Part shown: positions 19,582 to 29,002 of the stretch, in pieces
Numbering within the stretch: position 1 is the first letter of the stretch
Layout: every line of letters starts with the position of its first letter
Program-made: the position numbers and the translations under genes
Notes under the pieces: model-generated
Database searches by the model: none
Told to the model about the DNA's origin: nothing
The model's input: the letters and a program-made list of their open reading frames with translations, nothing else
NCBI GenBank assembly: GCA_963808235.1
Contig: CAWEEQ010000004.1
Span: 832,001 to 896,000, forward strand
Direction of reading: 5' to 3'
Length of the DNA: 64,000 bases
Source of the DNA: an uncultured delta proteobacterium
GTDB taxonomy: Bacteria; Desulfobacterota; Binatia; Binatales; Binataceae

Positions 19582-21561
19582 GTGGATATCAACTCGTTGA
19601 GCGAACGCCCTGAGGCGTCACGCGGCGTTGAAATTCGGGCCGCTCAAGTGGGACCACCGGCAGGCACGAACGCGCTGCGACATCTCTTCGGTCCAGTGGC
19701 ACTGGCTGCATCGATCAGCGCGATTGTCATCCTCGGAGCCTGGATCCGGCAAGGCAAACCTGCAGCTGCGCAAGATCGAGTGCGTGTCCTGCACATTGTG
19801 CCGAGTCCCGAGTCAGCCCACGAGTTGGAGGTCTTGCTCGACTATCAACTCAAGAAATATCGAGCCAACCTGGACAAGTTCACTTGGAATCTTCAGTTAA
19901 ACGCGATCATCATAGTAGTCACAATACTGCTCATCGTCCGCCGCTCTGACTCTCTGACAATCCTCGACAATTCAATTCCGCTGAGTTGGCTTCATTTCCT
20001 GGTTCCAGCGGTTCTGATTTATCTGTGGATCGGCTTTGGATTCACTTTGGGTGACCTCATATGGGGTCGAATCCACGGCTATGAATTAATAACGGCGCTT
20101 CATCGCCCCACGACGCAATACCAGAAGGAGCTATTTGAGGATGCGGGCTTCATAGATGGATGGTTTCGTACTTTCGTAGACAAAAACAAATCCGGAAACG
20201 GCGATTACACCGGAATTCAACTCAGTTTCGGCGCCATTGCGGCATTCATGGTGTTGCTGCTCGGAAACACTGTTGCGATGGCTCATGCCAGTGCGCTTGC
20301 GATATTGCCGATCGGCTGCCGCCGCTATTTGCGCACCGCATCGAATCGATGGTTGTACTGGTACTACCTCTTGCCCCTGGTTCCCTTGGCGGTCTTCCTG
20401 TCTTCACATCTCGAATTTGCGTACGGCGGAGAGAATCGCAACTGGATTCAGCTCTATATCGCCATAATGACGTTCCCGCTGATGGCGGGTCTGATGTGGC
20501 TGTCAACGATAATAGATGCCCGGTTCCATCCCGAGAGCGTCCACTGCTTGAGACGCCAGCGGCACCAAGTCTATCCCGATGCAAGCGGCGCTCTGTCGTC
20601 ACTGGAACAGATGTCTGGAGACAGAAACGAAACCACACTGCGAACCGTTTCACTGATAGGTGACAGTCTCAGTACAGGGTTTCACCTGGCGTCGCCGCCT
20701 TCTATCCTGATTCGGTTGTGGACAGCATGGAAGAAGTCCTGGTTCCTAGACGGGCCCACTCAGGATCAAGCGGGCCTTGGCATCGGCGCGCGGCTGAATG
20801 CCCTCGGCCCGATCAAGGCCGTAAGTCACGCGTCAGTGACGGCAGGTGTGGATGGCGGCAACCGCCGCACGATGCTGGATCGCGCGCTTAACCGATGGCA
20901 CTTTTCGCACCAGGTCGACGAACTTCTCGCCGGATCGTTTCCGGATATGGTTTTGATCTGGATCGGTCACAACAACGTCGATTGGAAATCGCGAACGAAT
21001 TCGTGCACGGCCGAGGCCTTCAACGATTTGTCCGATGCGTTCGCGAAATTCTATCAGGTGCAGCTAAGACGATTGCTCAAGGCGGCATTGGACAGCGGCA
21101 AACCCGTGTCAGTCGTGGTTTTCGGTCTGATCAACTTCGAAGCTTTCTTCCAGGCTCGAGCGGAAGCCGAACGGAGGAAACACGCAGATGAGCGTTTGTT
21201 TCCATATCTGGAAACTGCCTATCGGACGTTTGTCTCGATGAAGCCGGAATACCGCGAAGGAATGATCAGACTGGCGCAGCTATACAACAAGAAGTTGCGC
21301 ATCCTCTGCGGGGCGCAGAGTGAGAATCTCAAGCGAACCAACGTATCCTTGGTCTACTCCGAGGCGATGTCGCTCGCAGATATCGCTCGTTCTGAGTTTC
21401 TCTCTACGATTGACGCATGGCATCCGTCGGCCCTCGGGCGTCGAGTGCTCGCCGACTGCGCTTACCCGTCAGTTCACGAGCAAGCATGCTTTCTGGGGTG
21501 GACCAGCGGCTTGCGCGGCGTCGCTCACGCGGCGGCGCTGGGGCGCGACGACACGCTCTGA
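19582..21561 (+). CDS. Multi-TM membrane protein fused to a C-terminal SGNH/GDSL hydrolase domain
   Basis: About 6 TM helices in the N-half; IGDSLS (block I), WIGHNN (block III), DAWHPS (block V). Confidence 0.75.
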   Translation: MDINSLSERPEASRGVEIRAAQVGPPAGTNALRHLFGPVALAASISAIVILGAWIRQGKPAAAQDRVRVLHIVPSPESAHELEVLLDYQLKKYRANLDKFTWNLQLNAIIIVVTILLIVRRSDSLTILDNSIPLSWLHFLVPAVLIYLWIGFGFTLGDLIWGRIHGYELITALHRPTTQYQKELFEDAGFIDGWFRTFVDKNKSGNGDYTGIQLSFGAIAAFMVLLLGNTVAMAHASALAILPIGCRRYLRTASNRWLYWYYLLPLVPLAVFLSSHLEFAYGGENRNWIQLYIAIMTFPLMAGLMWLSTIIDARFHPESVHCLRRQRHQVYPDASGALSSLEQMSGDRNETTLRTVSLIGDSLSTGFHLASPPSILIRLWTAWKKSWFLDGPTQDQAGLGIGARLNALGPIKAVSHASVTAGVDGGNRRTMLDRALNRWHFSHQVDELLAGSFPDMVLIWIGHNNVDWKSRTNSCTAEAFNDLSDAFAKFYQVQLRRLLKAALDSGKPVSVVVFGLINFEAFFQARAEAERRKHADERLFPYLETAYRTFVSMKPEYREGMIRLAQLYNKKLRILCGAQSENLKRTNVSLVYSEAMSLADIARSEFLSTIDAWHPSALGRRVLADCAYPSVHEQACFLGWTSGLRGVAHAAALGRDDTL

Positions 21562-22133
21562 TGCCATCGCGCGAGATTCTTCTGATCCGGCTGAATCGAA
21601 ATATTGTTGAACTTCGCGAAATCGATCACGATCATCAACGTGATGTCCGCGATCGAATATTTTTCGCCGGCGAGAAACGGACGGTTCGCGAGTTCATCGT
21701 CCAGCCATCGATAGCGCGCCTCGACCACTTTGCGGCTCTGCTCGCCGACCTCGGGAATCTGCTTGATTCGGGTCCGAGTCAGTTCATGCAGATGCGCCCA
21801 GACCATCCCGACCGGCACAAACAGCGCGAGTTCGATCCGACGATTCCACATCTCCACGGTGGCCTGCTCGAATGCGCCAGTCCCGAACAAGGCCGGCTCC
21901 GGATGAAGCACTTCGAAGTAGCGGCAGATCGCGACGCTCTCCGCGATGAGCCTGCCGTCGTCGAGCTCGAGCACCGGAATACCGCCGAGCGGATTCTTGG
22001 CCAGGAACTCGGGCTTGCGGTTAACACCTCTCATGATGTCGATTTCCTCGAGCGGCACCGTGAGTCCCTTCTCGGCCAGGAACACTCGGACGCGGCGAGG
22101 ATTGGGCGCGAGTTTGTAGTCGTAAATTTTCAT
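21525..22133 (-). CDS. Glutathione S-transferase family protein
   Basis: APNPRRVR.FL.EKG, NP.G.IPVLELDDG..I.ES.AICRY, YSIADI. Confidence 0.93.
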   Translation of the reverse strand: MKIYDYKLAPNPRRVRVFLAEKGLTVPLEEIDIMRGVNRKPEFLAKNPLGGIPVLELDDGRLIAESVAICRYFEVLHPEPALFGTGAFEQATVEMWNRRIELALFVPVGMVWAHLHELTRTRIKQIPEVGEQSRKVVEARYRWLDDELANRPFLAGEKYSIADITLMIVIDFAKFNNISIQPDQKNLARWHQSVSSRPSAAA

Positions 22134-22951
22134 TCGAATCTCCGTGTTGCGAATACCGCCGCGAACAATTCGGGAAGCGCGAAGCAGTGAAACAGCGATT
22201 CTGAATGATTTTGTGGAATGCGGAAAGAGATCGCATTCAGCTCAGTGAAAAGATCAGCTGAGCGGTGGATTCAGGCGGCTCGAATCGACATAACGGCTAT
22301 GACAACGACTAGGTCGTTTCACGGCCCTGCTGATATTGCGAACAGACCGACGCGGTCGGCTACAGCAAATCGATCGGCTCGCGCTCTTGCAGCTCGCGGT
22401 CTATCGACCGGCGCGGCTTCTGGAGACCATAGTCTCCATTGAGAAATTTAAGAAGGAGGCGGCTCAGTTTTCCAGGGTGCGAGGATCTTGCCTGACCAAT
22501 CTCATGTTCCGAGTTGCGGATCGCATTTGACGTTTGTGACAGCATCCTCGCGCCCTCCCAAGTGCGTTGATACCTTTCATCCCGCCCAACAGAACCGCCC
22601 CCGCTTTAGGAGAGAGCAATCCATGTGCCATGGGCCACGGATTAATAACGCCGAGAGTAAGCGGCCCGCTCTCGCCGTCAGTCAACGGGTAGCTACAAAT
22701 TGTAGAGTCTTTGCAACACTTTGTCGCTGACGCTATCCCGTTCCTGAACCGTCATTGGCGCGCATCGGCCCGAAATCAATCGGTTCCCTCGGATGGAGCA
22801 TTCCGCGCCTCGACTAGGCCCACCGCGCGGCGTCAGGGTCGCTCGGATTGATCGGCGACCGCCCGCGGGGTCGATGCGGGGCAGAAGTGTGACGGGATTT
22901 TGCCGTGACGCCAAAAGTCCGGCGATTATCGCGAGGCCGCCGATTCGCCGC

Positions 22952-23827
22952 TTAGATTAAATCGGTGCCGGCCGGCTCGGCGATCACCTTGTTTTCGATC
23001 TGCCCGATACCGTCGATTTCGATTCGGACCACATCCCCGGCCTTCAGCCATTTTGGCGGATTCATCGCCGCTGCCACGCCGCCCGGCGTGCCGGTCGAAA
23101 TTACCGTCCCCGGCATCAGGGTGAACACGGTCGAAAGGGTTTCGACCTGGGCGTAGCAATCGAAGATTAGATTGCTGGTGTTCGAATGCTGCCGCTGTTC
23201 GCCGTTCACAAAGGTGCGCAGCTCGAGTTTGTGCGGATCGCCGAGTTCGTCGGCGGTGACGATCCACGGGCCGAAAGGTGCGTGGGTGTCGAACGACTTG
23301 CCGAGCGTCATCGTCGGCGCTTTGCGCTGCCAGTCGCGGACGCTCACGTCGTTGACGATCACGTATCCCGCGATTACTTCGTGCGCGCGATCGCGCGGCA
23401 CATGGCGGCATCGCCGGCCGATCACAAATCCGAGCTCGCCTTCGTAATCCAGCGCCGTGGACACGCGCGGCAGATGAATCGGATCGTAGGGACCGGTCAC
23501 CGAGCTCGTTTGCTTGTTGAAGAACATCGGAAACTCGGGCCGCTTCATTTTGGTTTCATCGACATGATCGGCGTAGTTGAGGCCGATCGCGAGAAACTCG
23601 GGCGGACGGCCGATCGGCGCCTCGAGCTTGACCTCCGCGAGCGGTATCCGATGCGCTGAATCTTTCGCGGCGGCGCGCGCGCGTTCGAGAGCTTGCGGAC
23701 CCGCCACCAGGAACGACGTCATCTCGCGCGGCAGGTCGGGCACCGCGGACGCGAGATCGACGATCGATTTATCGACGACGACGCCAATCCGCGTCGTGCC
23801 AGCGTGGGTAAATGTCGCGAGTTTCAT
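22952..23827 (-). CDS. Fumarylacetoacetate hydrolase family protein
   Basis: IGLNYADH, LDYEGEL, NDVSVRDWQ, GKSFDT..PFGP, TGTPGGV. Confidence 0.95.
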   Translation of the reverse strand: MKLATFTHAGTTRIGVVVDKSIVDLASAVPDLPREMTSFLVAGPQALERARAAAKDSAHRIPLAEVKLEAPIGRPPEFLAIGLNYADHVDETKMKRPEFPMFFNKQTSSVTGPYDPIHLPRVSTALDYEGELGFVIGRRCRHVPRDRAHEVIAGYVIVNDVSVRDWQRKAPTMTLGKSFDTHAPFGPWIVTADELGDPHKLELRTFVNGEQRQHSNTSNLIFDCYAQVETLSTVFTLMPGTVISTGTPGGVAAAMNPPKWLKAGDVVRIEIDGIGQIENKVIAEPAGTDLI

Positions 23828-23845
23828 GTTTTCACGGGCTCCAGA

Positions 23846-24454
23846 TTATTGAGTGACGCCGGCCAGGCGCCGCATCATCTCGGGATCGACGCCCTTCGTC
23901 GCGTCATACTTCTTGAGCTCGGCTTCCGGAACTCCGGCGTGATAGTCGCGTGCGAGTTCGTCAGCGTTGAACGACACGCCGATCGGATTCTTCGCCATCG
24001 CGTCGCTCTGGAAAAATCCCTTCAGCTCCTCGACCGAGTCGAAGTTATCGATTTGCAGCTCGACCCGGTTGCCGTCGGGATCGCGATAATAGAGCGACGT
24101 TGTAGGGCCATGATTGATCGTCACCACCGGCATGATGCCGGCTTGCTTGAGTCGTTCGTAGGTGAAGACCAGATCGCCGAGATTGGCGTACGTGTAGGCG
24201 AGATGATCGAGGCCGACGCTGTGGCGCGGCTTATCGACCAGGCCCGGAACCGCGGCGATCGCGATCCGATGATGCTCGTCGTCGTAGGTGAGAAACGCGA
24301 GCATCCCGTTTTCGTGCACGACTTCCGCGCAGAGCACGGTGCAATACCAATCGACCATCGGCTTGAACTTGTTGGTGGCCAGCACGGCGTGCGCGAATTT
24401 GGCGGGCGCGACGCGCCGGTTTGGTTTTTCTTCAGTGCGAGATTGAGATGGCAT
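23846..24454 (-). CDS. VOC/glyoxalase family protein (extradiol-dioxygenase-like single domain)
   Basis: FAHAVL, FLTYDDEHHRIA, GLDHLAY, NHGPTTSLYY.DPDGN.VELQID; AAGGAG before ATG 24454. Confidence 0.9.
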   Translation of the reverse strand: MPSQSRTEEKPNRRVAPAKFAHAVLATNKFKPMVDWYCTVLCAEVVHENGMLAFLTYDDEHHRIAIAAVPGLVDKPRHSVGLDHLAYTYANLGDLVFTYERLKQAGIMPVVTINHGPTTSLYYRDPDGNRVELQIDNFDSVEELKGFFQSDAMAKNPIGVSFNADELARDYHAGVPEAELKKYDATKGVDPEMMRRLAGVTQ

Positions 24455-24648
24455 AGCGCATATCTCCTTGGCCGGATTCAAAAAGCGGCCTGTGTTGCCA
24501 TCTTGGTTATCGCAATGATTTGAGCGCACGACAATGGCTGCGATCGATTCGGGCAGGTGAGTGTGTGTGTTTCCAATCACGGTGACAGGATCTCATGGAT
24601 TTTGGGTTTTGCGAGATCGCGCTTGCTTGGTGCGTCCAGGTAGCTGCG

Positions 24649-24677
24649 TTGACATTGGCGGGGTGGGATTTGAGACT
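24649..24677 (+). promoter_or_regulatory. Possible sigma-70 promoter for the monooxygenase gene
   Basis: TTGACA-N17-GAGACT, followed by GGAGGTG RBS. Confidence 0.45.
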
Positions 24678-24699
24678 GTGCATCGGGAGGTGGTGATTT

Positions 24700-25878
24700 A
24701 TGGAGCGACTCTTATCCGAGCGGGCACGGCCTTATTTCGAGAAGGCGCAAGAGCTTGCGCCGATAATTCGCGGGCACGCCGATCGCGCCGAGCGCGAGGC
24801 GCAGATGCCGCGGGAGGTTGCCGATGCCTTTCATGAGGCGGGGCTGTTTCGGATTCTTTTGCCGCGCGCGATGGCCGGCGGAGAGTTGACGATTCCCGAT
24901 TCGCTGCGGATATGCGAGGAAGTTGCGCGGATCGACGGGTCGGCGGGATGGAATCTCGCCATTTGTTCGAGCAGTCCGCTGTTTGGATATAACCTGTCGC
25001 GCGCGGCGTTCGAAAAGATTTATGGCGATCCGCGCGGCGTGAGCGCCGGATCATTGAATCCCGCGACCACCCAAGTGGTTGCAGCCGAGACTGGATGGCG
25101 TTTCAGCGGGAAGGCCACCTATGCCAGCGCCTCTGCTCATGCGACCTACCTGATGGCGGCGGGGATAGTCATCCGCGACGGCGCGCCACAAATCGTCGAT
25201 GGGTTTCCGGTGATGCGTGCGGGCCTGTTTCCGATAAGAAATGCGAAAATCCTCAATACCTGGTCGACTGCCGGGATGCGCGGCACTGGCAGCAACGATT
25301 GCGTGTTCGAAAACGTGATCGTCCCCGATGAGTTCACCTTCGATTGGCTGAACGCGAAGTCGCCGTGGCAGCGGGGTCCATTCGCGAATATCCCATTGCA
25401 ACTCCAATTTGTGGGCGGCCTGGTATCGGTGGTGCTCGGGACTGCGCGACACGCTCTCGATGCGCTCAACGAAATCGCGCAAGCCAAAGTGCCGGCGGCC
25501 TCCAGGGCCACGTTGCGCGAGCGCTCGATCGCGCAGATCCAGTTCGCGCAGGCGGAAGGTCTGCTGCACGCGGCACGCGCTTACTTTTACGATTGCAACG
25601 ATGAGATCTGGCGCAAGGGCGAAGCGGGCGAGAGTTTCAGTATCGAGGATCGCGCGCATGCGCGGCTCGCAGTTGTAACGGCGGCGAAGCTGGCGGTGAA
25701 TGCGGTCGACCTGGTCGCGGATGCGGCTGGAATGAGCTCGGCGCAGACCTCATGTCCGATCGAGCGATGCTGGCGCGACGTGCATACCGCGACGCAACAC
25801 GTGCTGATGAATACGGCGCGCTTCGAAGTGGTGGGACGGGTGCTGTTCGGGCTGGATCCAGGGTCGCCGGTTATCTGA
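24700..25878 (+). CDS. Two-component flavin-dependent monooxygenase, oxygenase subunit (acyl-CoA dehydrogenase fold, HsaA-like)
   Basis: AGLFR.LLP...GG.E, DGSAGW, W.TAGMRGTGS.D, ERCWRD.HTA.QH. Confidence 0.88.
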   Translation: MERLLSERARPYFEKAQELAPIIRGHADRAEREAQMPREVADAFHEAGLFRILLPRAMAGGELTIPDSLRICEEVARIDGSAGWNLAICSSSPLFGYNLSRAAFEKIYGDPRGVSAGSLNPATTQVVAAETGWRFSGKATYASASAHATYLMAAGIVIRDGAPQIVDGFPVMRAGLFPIRNAKILNTWSTAGMRGTGSNDCVFENVIVPDEFTFDWLNAKSPWQRGPFANIPLQLQFVGGLVSVVLGTARHALDALNEIAQAKVPAASRATLRERSIAQIQFAQAEGLLHAARAYFYDCNDEIWRKGEAGESFSIEDRAHARLAVVTAAKLAVNAVDLVADAAGMSSAQTSCPIERCWRDVHTATQHVLMNTARFEVVGRVLFGLDPGSPVI

Positions 25879-26002
25879 GGATTCGGACCGCTACGCGCGG
25901 GGCGGCAGGGGGTGACCCCTGCACCCAGTGTCCATTCAATCGCAAAGCAGCCCACAGAGCGCGAACGCCATTTTGCTCTCGGTCTGGGGTGGGGTGGTTC
26001 GT

Positions 26003-27193
26003 TTATTGAGCTGGGCTTGGGGAGGGGTGAGCAGTGTAGATGTCGGGGCCGAAGGGTTTTACGTTGTCGGGCGTGGCGTAACCTAATGGGGGTAGGTCGA
26101 AGAGTACCTCGATACTTTTCAGGAGCGAATAGTGGTTGTACTCCTGGCTTGAGTGCGAGCCGGGCGAGACGTAAGGCGATACGATTACGGCGCCGATCAG
26201 ACCTCCGCCGGGACCGTTGAGGCCGGGCAGGGTGACATTCGGACCGGGCTGTTCACCACAGCACTTGTCAAAGTCTGCTTTTACATTTTGCCTCATCTGG
26301 GACTCATCGAACGTAATCACAAGCATCCCGTCCCGTTGATAGGCGGGGGACTTCATGATGAGCGGCACCCATTTCTGAAGGAATCGATCGGCGGCAGCCA
26401 GTCCGTCCACTTCGCCTGCCGGAGCACCTACACAGTGAGCATCGTGCGCATCGTTGCAGAGATTTGGGGTAACGAATACGAGGTTCGGCGTGGTCGCCAA
26501 TGTCTTCAGATCGGATTCGAGACTCGCTAACGACTTGTCATTGGCGCACAGTTTGCGGTCATCGATGATGGAATGAAAATAGACGAAGGGATTGTGTTTG
26601 GTCGCGTACTGATCGTTGACCCGGGCGACTTCCGTACCGTCTGGATATCCGAGCTGCGGATGCTCGCATGGATTGCCCATATCCTCCATGTAAGCGCCCC
26701 AGGTGTGATGACTGTCTGAGAGCTGGTTGGCGAGCGTCGAAACGCGGGTTGGGTAGACGCATCCGTGACCCTGTAGCTGGCCGTTCTTAGCCGTGGCGAC
26801 GAGTTCGAAGTTAATGAACTGCGGGCAATCTTGCTGGGTCTCCGGAGTCGGGGCCTGGCCACTTATCATCGCGAGATAGTTGTCGAGGCTGTTATGTCCG
26901 ATTCCGTAGTACCTCTCGAGCAGGCCTCCGCGTCCGTGAGCCAGGCAATTGAGATAAGGCGCCGGCGAACCTTTGCCAAAAGTTTGATCGAAGCTCTTGT
27001 TCTCGAGAACTATCAGAAAGACGTGTTGAGGCTTCTTTGCTTCGGGCGCGGGCGGCGAGTAGGACGGAGTATTTGCCAGCAGCCGAGCGCAATCGGCGTC
27101 GTCGGCGCGGGAGTGAGACGCGGTCGCCGCGAGAAGCAGGAAGCAGGAGAGTAGAGCGAAGAAAAATTTACTGTGAAGCATTTTCACTCTCAC
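26003..27193 (-). CDS. Secreted phosphoesterase / acid-phosphatase family protein
   Basis: Signal peptide; HVFLIVLENKS, H.SL.NYLAMISG, KHNPF, TPNLCNDAHD, ITFDE, YNHYSLL..IE. Confidence 0.9.
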   Translation of the reverse strand: MRVKMLHSKFFFALLSCFLLLAATASHSRADDADCARLLANTPSYSPPAPEAKKPQHVFLIVLENKSFDQTFGKGSPAPYLNCLAHGRGGLLERYYGIGHNSLDNYLAMISGQAPTPETQQDCPQFINFELVATAKNGQLQGHGCVYPTRVSTLANQLSDSHHTWGAYMEDMGNPCEHPQLGYPDGTEVARVNDQYATKHNPFVYFHSIIDDRKLCANDKSLASLESDLKTLATTPNLVFVTPNLCNDAHDAHCVGAPAGEVDGLAAADRFLQKWVPLIMKSPAYQRDGMLVITFDESQMRQNVKADFDKCCGEQPGPNVTLPGLNGPGGGLIGAVIVSPYVSPGSHSSQEYNHYSLLKSIEVLFDLPPLGYATPDNVKPFGPDIYTAHPSPSPAQ

Positions 27194-27197
27194 AGTT

Positions 27198-27890
27198 CTA
27201 GGGCAGGATGATTTCGCGCCAGGCGTTCAGTATGGCGCATTGTTGCCCGTCCCCGAGGTCAACTCGCGGACGTGCAAAGAAATCAGCATCTATCAGCTTG
27301 CAATCACATTCTCTTATCCAGTAGCACGTGTGCGAAACCTCCTGACAAGTTGCTTTTATCGAGGACCATGCCACGTCGTCTTCGATCGTTAGCTGCCCGA
27401 TCGTGCGATCCACCCGATTCAAAAGAACGGTGTTATCACTGTTCCAGCCCGGCTCACGCATGCAAGCGGTGAGTCGATCGATCAAGAAGCTCCGCGTAGC
27501 ATCCGGCATTGAGGCTGACTGGGGTGGCGTGAAGATAGCGTCATCTATGTCACTCTTCGAAACTCGGCACTGTTGCGGCGCCAATAAGTCAAAGAAAGTC
27601 GTATTCCTATTAGAAACCACGCAGCCGTGGATCAGTTCTTTGATTGCCACGTCTGCCTTATGTTTCTGGCCTCGAGAATCGATAGCTTGCATCGTCCTGA
27701 AAGGCGTTGGATGGGGGGTGCACAAGAAATCGTACCAGTTCTGCTCATCAGCGTTGCTAGCGTTTTGAAGCGAATGAATTGCTTGCCGTGTGGTAGGAAG
27801 TGGAGGTGTTGGCGGGCAGCAGGGTTCGGCTAGCCTGCAAGAGGATTGAGTGCAGGCCATCAGCCCGATGGCCAGGAGCCAATATCGCAC
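27198..27890 (-). CDS. Hypothetical Cys-rich exported protein / lipoprotein
   Basis: MRYWLLAIGLMAC lipobox-like start; about 13 Cys; ends 4 bp before the phosphoesterase start. Confidence 0.55.
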   Translation of the reverse strand: MRYWLLAIGLMACTQSSCRLAEPCCPPTPPLPTTRQAIHSLQNASNADEQNWYDFLCTPHPTPFRTMQAIDSRGQKHKADVAIKELIHGCVVSNRNTTFFDLLAPQQCRVSKSDIDDAIFTPPQSASMPDATRSFLIDRLTACMREPGWNSDNTVLLNRVDRTIGQLTIEDDVAWSSIKATCQEVSHTCYWIRECDCKLIDADFFARPRVDLGDGQQCAILNAWREIILP

Positions 27891-28036
27891 GATGCAGCGT
27901 GATTAGCGATGTTCCATCCCTAAGTCAATCAGTGCTCACATCTAGTGTGATTCGTGGGCGAAGGAGGGCGGTCACGTGTGATAGGCGGGTCGGTTAAGCG
28001 TGGATGGTGTGAGGTTGTGAGCGTCGAGAAGAAGCC

Positions 28037-28115
28037 GATTCTTCGCTGCGCTCAGAATGACAACGAAGAGGATTCGCTCAGAGTGACAACAAAGAGAATT
28101 GGCTCAGGATGACGA
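28037..28115. repeat. REP-like element with two degenerate tandem half-copies
   Basis: GATTCTTCGCTGCGCTCAGAATGACAAC, then GCTCAGAGTGACAAC and GCTCAGGATGACGAA. Confidence 0.7.
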
Positions 28116-28142
28116 AGAGGGAACGCGGAATTTTAGATTTGG

Positions 28143-28206
28143 ACCCTCACCCGCCGCATCGAAGACGATGCGTCGGCCTCTCCCTTTTTAACGGTCAGGG
28201 CGAGGC
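28143..28206. repeat. REP-like palindrome of the CCCTCACCC...CCTCTCCC...GGGCGAGG type
   Basis: ACCCTCACCC-GCCGCATCGAAGACGATGCGTCGG-CCTCTCCC...AGGGCGAGG with internal hairpin. Confidence 0.6.
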
Positions 28207-28493
28207 TATTAGGAGAGTGGTATCGGGGTTAGCTATGGGTAGCCGGCGGGTGCGGGCCCCCCTTGGGACCGCGCCGGCCGGCTTTGAGGAGACTAGTTAA
28301 GCAGGCGAGCTGTCATGGTTCCGCTCTGGGAACCTCATCGAGGATTATTCTCGATGACGCTATGCGCTGTGCTTCGAACGCATGCGGTGGGCTCGCCTTT
28401 GAAATTTTCCTGGCGGGGGTTCCGCGCTATTGCGGAGACTCCCCGCCAGGGCGCTCGGGGGATTGACGCCTTATTCATTTTTCGCGCTCTCGC

Positions 28494-28709
28494 TCACCAG
28501 ATGAGTCCGTAGGTGGCGGCCGCGATGTACATCACGGCGACGGCGACGAAGGCGAAGACTGCGATTTCGTCGAGTCGGTCGCCGAGCTGGGCCTTGAGGT
28601 TTCCGGACTGCTTCGTCTCGCGCGCCTGCGCACTTGCCGAGCCGGCATCCTGGTGCGAGTCGGTACATTCGCGCGTGTCGGTATATTGATGAGATAGGAT
28701 GGAAAGCAT
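28494..28709 (-). CDS. Small protein with one C-terminal TM helix
   Basis: AGGAG..GGAG before ATG; IAVFAFVAVAVMYIAAATYGLIW C-terminus. Confidence 0.6.
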   Translation of the reverse strand: MLSILSHQYTDTRECTDSHQDAGSASAQARETKQSGNLKAQLGDRLDEIAVFAFVAVAVMYIAAATYGLIW

Positions 28710-28778
28710 CTCCGTTACTCCTGTTCTTGGGCCTTCTCACTTTCTTGGGCCCTCTCACTTAAATAGGCGTAACAATTG

Positions 28779-28797
28779 ATTGAACAATTTGTTCAAT
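28779..28797. promoter_or_regulatory. Perfect inverted repeat (repressor-operator-like) between the small gene and nadE
   Basis: ATTGAACAA-T-TTGTTCAAT. Confidence 0.65.
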
Positions 28798-29002
28798 GGG
28801 AGAAAATCGCGGTGTTCAGCCCGCAAGTACTTGAAAAATAAGGGAATTTCATGATTGAAGGATGCGAAGCGCGCGCATGGGAGCGCATCAGAGAAGCACG
28901 CGGAGTGCAATGCAGCTTCAATTAGGCAAGCATCCGCACGGCGCGTGCGGTCGTCTTGTACGGGGGGCGCGCACGCGGCACAGTCATCGTTGAAGGCGTC
29001 AG

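Noticed and set aside
28037-28115. Possible CRISPR mini-array
   Set aside because: Only three degenerate units at about 26-bp period, no unique spacers of proper length and no cas genes
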